A DNA stretch of 64,000 nucleotides. Origin: Ruminococcus sp. Phil15 (GTDB lineage Bacteria > Bacillota > Clostridia > Oscillospirales > Ruminococcaceae). A program made the position numbers and the translations under genes. Location of the stretch: contig MSHC01000001.1 in NCBI GenBank assembly GCA_001940995.1, positions 61,028 to 125,027 on the forward strand. Reading direction: 5' to 3'. A model generated the notes under the pieces. It was not told the origin of the DNA. It did no database searches and saw nothing but the letters and a program-made list of their open reading frames with translations. The first letter of the stretch is position 1. Every line of letters begins with the position of its first letter. Positions 8,680 to 14,885 of the stretch are shown one piece after another.

Positions 8680-9690
8680 TTAGTACATTTCCTTTACTAT
8701 GCCGTGAAGCGTGTGAATCTGCTTTGCAAGAGTGTCGAAGCTGTCGGGAGTGATAGACTGAGCGCCGTCGCACTTTGCGTGGCGGGGGTCGTTATGCACC
8801 TCGATGATAAGTCCGTCAGCGCCCGCCGCAACTGCCGCAAGCGACATAGGCTTTACCATAGCGGCAATACCCGTTGCGTGGCTTGGGTCGATGATTACAG
8901 GGAGATGCGTCTTTTCCTTGAGTACCGGGATTGCGGAAAGGTCAAGCGTGTTTCTTGTAGCGGTTTCAAATGTCCTGATACCTCTCTCGCAGAGAATAAC
9001 CTTTTCGTTTCCGCCTGCCATAATGTATTCGGCGCTCATAAGAAGCTCTGAGATAGTAGCAGCAAGACCACGCTTTAAGAGAATAGGCTTGTCGGTCTTG
9101 CCGAGAGCCTTTAAAAGCTCGAAGTTCTGCATATTTCTTGCGCCGACCTGAATAATGTCAACGTTGTCGAAAAGCGGAAGCTGTGAAAGGTCCATTATCT
9201 CGGTTATGATAGGAAGCCCCGTCTTTTCCTTAGCCTCAATAAGAAGGTCAATACCGTCTGCACGAAGTCCCTGGAATGCGTAAGGCGAGGTTCTCGGCTT
9301 GAATGCGCCGCCCCTTAATACAGTAGCGCCCGACTCCTTTACAGACTGTGCAATAGAGCAGATCTGTTCCTCCGACTCAACAGAGCATGGGCCTGCCATA
9401 ATCGTGAAGGTGCCTCCGCCGACAGTCGTGTCGCCCACCTTGATTACTGTGTCATCTGGGTGGAACTTGCGGTTTGCCTTCTTGTAAGGCTCCTGGATTC
9501 TTTTGACGGATTCTACAATGTCAAGCGCTTCGAGAAGCTCAATGTCAACCGAGCTTGTGTCGCCTACAAGACCAAGGACGGTCGAGTGAGAGCCTTTGAT
9601 CGTCTGAATGTCAAGGTCGTGCGAGGTGAGCCAGTCGGTGAGGTGGGCAAGTTGTTTTTCGTCTGTGTTCTGCTTGAGTACGATAATCAT
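8680..9690 (-). CDS. aroF: 3-deoxy-7-phosphoheptulonate (DAHP) synthase, type I-beta, with N-terminal ferredoxin-like regulatory domain
   Basis: Core sequences [31 protein letters not shown] and IIDPSHATG. An N-terminal extension of about 70 aa resembles the Thermotoga-type enzyme. Confidence 0.9.
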   Translation of the reverse strand: MIIVLKQNTDEKQLAHLTDWLTSHDLDIQTIKGSHSTVLGLVGDTSSVDIELLEALDIVESVKRIQEPYKKANRKFHPDDTVIKVGDTTVGGGTFTIMAGPCSVESEEQICSIAQSVKESGATVLRGGAFKPRTSPYAFQGLRADGIDLLIEAKEKTGLPIITEIMDLSQLPLFDNVDIIQVGARNMQNFELLKALGKTDKPILLKRGLAATISELLMSAEYIMAGGNEKVILCERGIRTFETATRNTLDLSAIPVLKEKTHLPVIIDPSHATGIAAMVKPMSLAAVAAGADGLIIEVHNDPRHAKCDGAQSITPDSFDTLAKQIHTLHGIVKEMY

Positions 9691-9708
9691 TTGATAATCC
9701 TTCTTTCT

Positions 9709-9745
9709 TAAATTAAAAGAGCCTCGGCAACATCGTTACCGAGGC
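9709..9745 (-). terminator. leader (attenuator) terminator upstream of aroF
   Basis: The minus strand reads GCCTCGGTAAC-GAT-GTTGCCGAGGC (11-bp stem) followed by TCTTTTAATTT. It ends about 20 nt before the aroF RBS. Confidence 0.7.
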
Positions 9746-9776
9746 GAAAAATGAACGTTGATTTGTTTCAATTCAT

Positions 9777-9863
9777 TCAAGCTTTTCGGCAACGCAAATC
9801 GGACCTTTCAAAAAATGAAAAGCCAAAAAAGACGTTAAAAAAGTTGAACGACGAATTATGCAT
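9777..9863 (-). CDS. Phe-rich leader peptide MHNSSFNFFNVFFGFSFFERSDLRCRKA (28 codons, 8 Phe)
   Basis: ATG at 9863 lies 8 nt downstream of GGAGA, and TGA is at 9777-9779. The ORF sits between a consensus promoter and the leader terminator. It is too short for the ORF track. Confidence 0.6.
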   Translation of the reverse strand: MHNSSFNFFNVFFGFSFFERSDLRCRKA

Positions 9864-9899
9864 GGCGATAATCTCCGGAAAAATTATTTTACAGGCTTT

Positions 9900-9928
9900 A
9901 TTTTATCATATTAGCACAGTGTTGTCAA
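9900..9928 (-). promoter_or_regulatory. sigma-A promoter of the aroF-pheA leader
   Basis: The minus strand reads TTGACA-17 nt-TAAAAT. Confidence 0.6.
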
Positions 9929-10028
9929 TGTAAGAATATTATTATTTTATATGAATAAATCGTATGGGCTTGTGCAAAATCTACAATCATGCACTCAAAA
10001 AAACTCGAAAACGCACAATTCTAATTCG

Positions 10029-10057
10029 TTGACTTTGCTTTTTGCAAATGTTATACT
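10029..10057 (+). promoter_or_regulatory. promoter of surface-protein gene A
   Basis: TTGACT-17 nt-TATACT. Confidence 0.55.
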
Positions 10058-10108
10058 TATATAGTACGGGAGCGAGTCCGTATAATATTTTTATAAGGGA
10101 GAAATATT

Positions 10109-10972
10109 ATGAAATTTAAAAAGGTTTTTGCAGTTTTAGCTGCATCGGCAATGGCTCTTGCAACAATGACAACAACAGCATTTGCAGATGAGCCGACAGT
10201 ATATGGTCAGGCAGGTATCTCTTTCCAGGTAAGAGACTCATGGGAACACCGTGACGCAGTAGGCGTTGCCGCATTCGACGAGACGGGCGAAGCAGAGCTT
10301 TACTCCGTCTATAAGGACGTTAATATCACAGGCAACGGCGATTATTCGGTTTCTATGGAAGGCTGGGCTTGCGACTGGAACGAAGCGATCCTCGGCTGGC
10401 TTATGGTAGACACAACTCTCGCAACAAATAAGGACGCAGATAATGTCGTAACTGTCGCAGATTATCCTGAAATGACGCTTACAATCACAAGTTTCTCAAT
10501 GGACGGCAAGGATTATTCAGCAGAGAACCTCGAAATTCTTGCAGAGCAGAACAACAGCTCGCTCGCTTGCTGGAAGATTGTAAATTCCTGGGGACAGGTA
10601 GAAGATCCAAGAGGTATGGACGATATGGTATGGGCAACTACCGACCCCGTAACAATCAACTTCACGATCGCAGGACTTCCTACCGATAAGGTAACGGACG
10701 GCTCCGATGTTATTGAGTTCGTATCAGGCGAAAAACCTGTTGACGAGCCTGAGTCAAGCGTAGCAGAGGACAGCTCCGAAGAGCCTGCTTCCTCTGAAGC
10801 AACAGAGTCCGTAGAGGACGAAAGCAAGGCAGACGAATCTTCCGTAGCAGCAGAAAGCTCATCTGAAGCAGAAAAGGAAGAAAGCTCTAAGCTTCCATTT
10901 ATTCTCGGCATCGGCGCAGGCGTTATCGTTGTAGTTGCGGCCGCAATAGTTGTAATTAAAAAGAAGAAGTAA
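10109..10972 (+). CDS. secreted protein of unknown function with acidic Ser/Glu linker and C-terminal TM tail anchor
   Basis: Signal peptide MKFKKVFAVLAASAMALATMTTTAFA, and C-terminus LPFILGIGAGVIVVVAAAIVVIKKKK. I recognised no family. Confidence 0.7.
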   Translation: MKFKKVFAVLAASAMALATMTTTAFADEPTVYGQAGISFQVRDSWEHRDAVGVAAFDETGEAELYSVYKDVNITGNGDYSVSMEGWACDWNEAILGWLMVDTTLATNKDADNVVTVADYPEMTLTITSFSMDGKDYSAENLEILAEQNNSSLACWKIVNSWGQVEDPRGMDDMVWATTDPVTINFTIAGLPTDKVTDGSDVIEFVSGEKPVDEPESSVAEDSSEEPASSEATESVEDESKADESSVAAESSSEAEKEESSKLPFILGIGAGVIVVVAAAIVVIKKKK

Positions 10973-10989
10973 TTATTAGCAATCTTAAA

Positions 10990-11025
10990 TCGGCGGACAA
11001 TTTGTCCGCCGAATTTTCTATTTTT
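10990..11025 (+). terminator. intrinsic terminator
   Basis: Stem CGGCGGACAA/TTGTCCGCCG followed by a T-rich tract. Confidence 0.6.
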
Positions 11026-11043
11026 CGCGAATTTGACAAACCG

Positions 11044-11055
11044 GAAAACGTTTTC
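11044..11055. promoter_or_regulatory. perfect 12-bp palindrome GAAAACGTTTTC (cre/LacI-family-like operator)
   Basis: The same 12-mer recurs at 13035-13046. It sits in the spacer of a possible distal promoter (TTGACA-17 nt-TTATGC), about 65 bp upstream of the main -35 of gene B. Confidence 0.45.
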
Positions 11056-11114
11056 TTATGCAACTTTTACAAAAATGGATAAAAATTTTATCTCTTATGT
11101 TAATGGAAAATGTG

Positions 11115-11143
11115 TTGACTTTTTAAAAATGCAGTGCTATAAT
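11115..11143 (+). promoter_or_regulatory. promoter of surface-protein gene B
   Basis: TTGACT-17 nt-TATAAT. Confidence 0.6.
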
Positions 11144-11197
11144 GATTACAGAATCGTTACACGATTCGATAACAAAATTTTAATGGAGGAAATAACA

Positions 11198-11992
11198 ATG
11201 AAAAAGATTCTTGCTTCTATCGCAGCTCTCGCAGTAGCTTCAACTATGGCTGTATCTGCATTTGCTGCAACAACACTTGCAGGCGTTGATGAATACGTTG
11301 GCGACTGGAGTGCATCATGTTTCGTTGACGCTGAGGGCAATGTTGTTAATTATATTGACAATGCTTACTTTGCTGATTATCTCGACACAGGTTGTACAGT
11401 AACAATAACCTACGACTACAAGACACTCGCAGGTGCTTACTATGAATACTACCTCTTCAGTGTATGCGATCAGTCTTGGGCTAAGCTTGCTGCTACTGAC
11501 GCTTCCTACGTCGCAGGCGTTCCGACTGAAGATGAGGCTAGAGTTACAAAGGGCGGCGAAACTAAGCTTTATGAAGGCACATCAGTTCCTGTTTATAAGT
11601 ACTTCACACAGTCTGACGGATTCACAGTATTCTGCCAGAATGACGGCGCTTGGACAGGCGATACTTTCAAGTTCACACTTACAGCTGATTGCCTCAAGTA
11701 CCTCGCTGAAAACCCATCAACCGGCGATGACGGTTCAGAGTGGGGCGGTATCGTATTCCAGACATACGGCATCGACGTTAAGAGCATCACAATTGACGCT
11801 GTAGACGACACTATCATTGACTTCGCTACAAATGCTAATCCTAACGCTGGCACAGATGACCCAGCTGATGACCCGGCAGACGATGACAAGACTGACGATG
11901 AGAACAAGCCAACAGGCGCTTCCGCTGGTCTTGCACTCGCTGCAATCGCTCTTGCAGGCGCTGCAGTAGTTGCTACTAAGAAGAACAAGTAA
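11198..11992 (+). CDS. secreted cell-surface protein of unknown function with C-terminal PTGA-type sorting-signal-like tail
   Basis: ATG at 11198 follows GGAGGA; the ORF-track start at 11033 is an extension. Signal peptide is MKKILASIAALAVASTMAVSAFA. C-terminus is KPTGASAGLALAAIALAGAAVVATKKNK. It is a paralog of the protein at 12123-12950. Confidence 0.75.
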   Translation: MKKILASIAALAVASTMAVSAFAATTLAGVDEYVGDWSASCFVDAEGNVVNYIDNAYFADYLDTGCTVTITYDYKTLAGAYYEYYLFSVCDQSWAKLAATDASYVAGVPTEDEARVTKGGETKLYEGTSVPVYKYFTQSDGFTVFCQNDGAWTGDTFKFTLTADCLKYLAENPSTGDDGSEWGGIVFQTYGIDVKSITIDAVDDTIIDFATNANPNAGTDDPADDPADDDKTDDENKPTGASAGLALAAIALAGAAVVATKKNK

Positions 11993-12030
11993 TTGTTAAT
12001 CTTAGAAAACTTAATAATTAGCTAATCACA

Positions 12031-12058
12031 AAAGCTCTCCGTGTCGGGGAGCTTTTGA
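12031..12058 (+). terminator. intrinsic terminator
   Basis: Stem AAAGCTCTCC/GGGGAGCTTT followed by T residues. Confidence 0.55.
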
Positions 12059-12122
12059 TGTGTTAGAGCAATGTAATTGATTACACACGGCGATGTGTAA
12101 TAAAAGTTTGGAGGAAAATACT

Positions 12123-12950
12123 ATGAAAAAGACTTTAGCACTTTTACTCGCCCTTGCAGTAAGCTGCTCTATGCTCGCTTCCTGCGGCGGCGACGACAGC
12201 TCATCAAGCTCTAAGGCTGACGACAGCTCAGTAGCAGATTCTTCATCTGTTGCAGATGAAAGCTCCGTAGAGGACAACTCCGTAGAGGATAGCTCGGTAG
12301 AGGACAGCTCCACAGAGGACAGCTCCGAGGCTGATCCTGAACCGATCGAAGGTCCTGTAACTCTCACAGGAAGCGGCGAATATGCCGGCGACTGGAGTTC
12401 TCCTATGTTCGTTGACGCTGAGGGTAACCTCATTTCTTACATTGACAATGCAGTCTTGGAGCAGTACCTCGAAACAGGCTGCACAATCACAATGACAGTA
12501 AGCTACTACAAGCTTGCAGGCAACTATATGGAAAAGTATATGATTGCTCCTTGTAACGCAAACGGTTGGGAGAAGCTCTACGCAACGGATCCAACATACG
12601 TTGAGGGCGTTCCTGCTCCGGAAGTAGGCCTTACAGACCCTGCTGATGAAAACTCACAGGCTAAGTACGATGACGGCACTTACGTTTGCAAATACTACTT
12701 CAAGACAGACGGATTTGGCCAGATTAATCCGAACGCTGACGGCACAGAATGGCCGACAGATACTATCTCGTTCAGCCTTTCTGCCGACGCTGTAAAGTAC
12801 CTCGCAGAAAACTGCGGTACAAATGACGACGGCTCAACATGGGGCGGACTTATTTTCCAGAGCTATGGTATTTTGATCGACAGCATTACTGTTGACGCTT
12901 ACACAGAGCTTCCTGCTGATAACAATATGAACCCTGAGCCGGCAGCTTAA
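12123..12950 (+). CDS. lipoprotein paralog of the 11198-11992 protein, unknown function
   Basis: ATG at 12123 follows GGAGGA. Lipobox MLASC, then an SSVAD/SVED acidic linker. The core aligns with gene B (YAGDWSSPMFVDAEGN vs YVGDWSASCFVDAEGN; DDGSTWGGLIFQSYGI vs DDGSEWGGIVFQTYGI). Confidence 0.75.
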   Translation: MKKTLALLLALAVSCSMLASCGGDDSSSSSKADDSSVADSSSVADESSVEDNSVEDSSVEDSSTEDSSEADPEPIEGPVTLTGSGEYAGDWSSPMFVDAEGNLISYIDNAVLEQYLETGCTITMTVSYYKLAGNYMEKYMIAPCNANGWEKLYATDPTYVEGVPAPEVGLTDPADENSQAKYDDGTYVCKYYFKTDGFGQINPNADGTEWPTDTISFSLSADAVKYLAENCGTNDDGSTWGGLIFQSYGILIDSITVDAYTELPADNNMNPEPAA

Positions 12951-12972
12951 TAATCACAGCCTAAATTGCATT

Positions 12973-13013
12973 AAATCCCATACGAGATATACTCGTGTGG
13001 GATTTTCATTTTT
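12973..13013 (+). terminator. intrinsic terminator
   Basis: Stem AATCCCATACGAG/CTCGTGTGGGATT followed by TTTCATTTTT. Confidence 0.6.
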
Positions 13014-13034
13014 GTGAAGATTATTACAATTTCA

Positions 13035-13046
13035 GAAAACGTTTTC
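13035..13046. promoter_or_regulatory. second copy of the palindrome GAAAACGTTTTC
   Basis: Identical to 11044-11055. It lies about 105 bp upstream of the gene D -35, again between -35-like (TTACAA) and -10-like (TAAAAT) hexamers. Confidence 0.45.
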
Positions 13047-13147
13047 ATTAAAATTATTCGTTATTTATGCGAAAAAAGTGCTGTCTTTTGTGCAGATAAT
13101 ACAAAATGGGAGGGAAAATTATGTCGTAATAGAATATAGAATTTCCG

Positions 13148-13177
13148 TTGACAAAGCTTGTTTGGTAGTGTTATAAT
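13148..13177 (+). promoter_or_regulatory. promoter of surface-protein gene D
   Basis: TTGACA-18 nt-TATAAT with TGn upstream of the -10. Confidence 0.6.
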
Positions 13178-13229
13178 AGAACTAGAATTGAAAATCAGTT
13201 CAAAATCAAAAAAATGGAGGAAAACAAAA

Positions 13230-14285
13230 ATGAAAAAGATTCTTGCTTCTATCGCAGCTCTTGCTCTTTGTGCAACAGTTGTAACATCTGCATTTGCTGC
13301 TGACGTTACAGATACTTATGAAGTATCTGCTAATAGTGATGCATTCAACATCAGCGTTGACGAGCTTCTTGCTGACGGAGTTGAAACAGTTACATTTGAT
13401 TTCGACTTCTCAAACGGCAGCTGGGGCGGAGGAACAGTCGGCTACAATGCTAAGGACGCTGACGGCAATCCTGTATGGACTTCAAATGACTACTCAAATG
13501 AGGGTGCAACACAGGTTGTCGTAGATACTGATGACCTCTGGGTTAACACAGAAGACCCAACAGACCTTCAGTATGTTCAGTGCCAGGTATGGTGGGCAAC
13601 AGATGATGCTACGAAGCCGTTCACAGTAAAGGTTACAAAGACATCTCCCGATGCTGAGCCGGAAACAGACGAAATCGTAATTGATACTCAGTACTTAAAG
13701 AATGGCATATTCTACCTTATCGGCGATGAAGCTAAGGGCGAAAACGGACCTTTCAACGACAACGCTGCTGAGCTTGCTAAGTATCAGACAATCACAGCTA
13801 CAATCGCTATGAACGATGCAGACTTCGATGCATCAGCTGCAGGTGAAATTTGGATTGGTCTTGCTCTTACACTTAACTCCGACTCAACAGGATGGAAGGG
13901 CATTGAAGCTTCTCCGCAGGCTGATGCCGGTAAGCCGCTCGCAGTAGAAAAGGTTGAATCAGGCGTATACAAGATTGTTTACACAGTTGAAGGCGGTATC
14001 TTCGCAGATACTGATACGTACGCTCAGGTTGGTCTTCAGGACTGGTCAGGCGCAGATGCTCCTTACGCTACAATCACAGGTTTAACACTTTCCAACAAGA
14101 TTGCAGAGGATACTCCTGACGAACCAACAGACGAACCAACAGACGAGCCAACTGATGAACCTACTGACGAACCAACAGACGAGCCTAAGGATGACAATGT
14201 TCCAACGGGCGCAACAGCTGGTCTTGCACTTGCTGCTATCGCTCTTGCAGGCGCTGCAGTAGTTGCTGCTAAGAAGAACGACTAA
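13230..14285 (+). CDS. secreted cell-surface protein of unknown function with (PTDE)n linker and PTGA-type C-terminal tail
   Basis: ATG at 13230 follows GGAGGA. The signal peptide is MKKILASIAALALCATVVTSAFA, and its first 32 nt are identical to gene B. C-terminus is VPTGATAGLALAAIALAGAAVVAAKKND. Confidence 0.75.
   Translation: MKKILASIAALALCATVVTSAFAADVTDTYEVSANSDAFNISVDELLADGVETVTFDFDFSNGSWGGGTVGYNAKDADGNPVWTSNDYSNEGATQVVVDTDDLWVNTEDPTDLQYVQCQVWWATDDATKPFTVKVTKTSPDAEPETDEIVIDTQYLKNGIFYLIGDEAKGENGPFNDNAAELAKYQTITATIAMNDADFDASAAGEIWIGLALTLNSDSTGWKGIEASPQADAGKPLAVEKVESGVYKIVYTVEGGIFADTDTYAQVGLQDWSGADAPYATITGLTLSNKIAEDTPDEPTDEPTDEPTDEPTDEPTDEPKDDNVPTGATAGLALAAIALAGAAVVAAKKND
14112..14186 (+). 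repeat. 12-nt in-frame tandem repeat encoding (PTDE)x5-6 linker
   Basis: CCAACAGACGAA-like units repeat, giving the translation TPDEPTDEPTDEPTDEPTDEPTDEP. Confidence 0.8.
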
Positions 14286-14319
14286 TTTAGTGATTTTTTC
14301 ATACGAGCCTCCTTACTCG

Positions 14320-14358
14320 GAAAAAAGACTTCGGATTAATCTCCGAAGTCTTTTTTTG
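14320..14358. terminator. bidirectional terminator between convergent genes
   Basis: Stem AGACTTCGGA/TCCGAAGTCT flanked by A6 and T7 runs. Confidence 0.7.
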
Positions 14359-14361
14359 TCA

Positions 14362-14871
14362 TTATGAAAAATCTGCTTCAAAACCGCCGCCAACCTTGAG
14401 CGACAAAGGCTCTCCGCTTTTTGTTACATAAAGCTCGTATTGTCCAAAATCAAGCTCTCCGCTTATTACGATGTCCTTGCCGTCAGCGTTTGCCTTTGTG
14501 TCGGACGAAGCGTCTGCGTGGTCAAGCACAGAAGTAATTATCCCCATAACCGAGTGTTCGGGCAGGCTGTCCGAACTTGCCGTGTAGCAAAGCCCCATAT
14601 ACTCGATTTCTGTGTCGCCGCCCATACTGCTTATGCAAAGTCCCTCGATTGTGTCGGGCGCTGAAAATTTGCCTGACCATATACCCTCGCCGCTTTTTGA
14701 AAGCTCGATCCCGCAGTTGAAATCGCCTGCCGTTACCTCTGCCGTAAACGGCTCATAAACCTGAAGCTTCGGCTTGTCGGCTTCCTTGCCGCTCGATTTG
14801 CAGGCGTTAAGTATAAGCGCACAAACGCATAGCGACAGCGTAAGCGTCAGCTTTTTAAGTTTTGTTTTCAA
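14362..14871 (-). CDS. lipoprotein, unknown function
   Basis: TTG start lies 8 nt after GGAGG. Signal peptide and lipobox LILNAC. Confidence 0.6.
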   Translation of the reverse strand: MKTKLKKLTLTLSLCVCALILNACKSSGKEADKPKLQVYEPFTAEVTAGDFNCGIELSKSGEGIWSGKFSAPDTIEGLCISSMGGDTEIEYMGLCYTASSDSLPEHSVMGIITSVLDHADASSDTKANADGKDIVISGELDFGQYELYVTKSGEPLSLKVGGGFEADFS

Positions 14872-14885
14872 TCGGTTTTCCTCCG

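Noticed and set aside
9691-9930. T-box or other riboswitch upstream of aroF
   Set aside because: I could not find the conserved T-box sequence (…GGTGGTACCGCG-like) or a specifier-loop arrangement. The leader is better explained by the Phe-rich mini-ORF plus terminator. An Rfam scan is still advisable.
9751-9933. 60-aa plus-strand ORF from the track
   Set aside because: It lies antisense to the aroF leader, spans a promoter, has no RBS, and shows low-complexity K-rich translation.
11033-11197. Upstream extensions of track ORFs (11033, 12093, 13158, 40901, 2323, 5791, 60466, 31910, 37845)
   Set aside because: In each case an internal ATG directly preceded by a GGAGG-type SD starts a canonical signal peptide or a conserved N-terminus. 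The extensions cover promoters or intergenic DNA.
12026-12433. Minus-strand ORFs mirroring acidic or Ser/Thr linkers (also 10513-10911, 26473-26829, 42199-42594, 43120-43446, 50776-51072)
   Set aside because: Each overlaps the low-complexity linker-coding part of a well-supported plus-strand secreted protein gene. Repetitive codons keep the antisense frame open.
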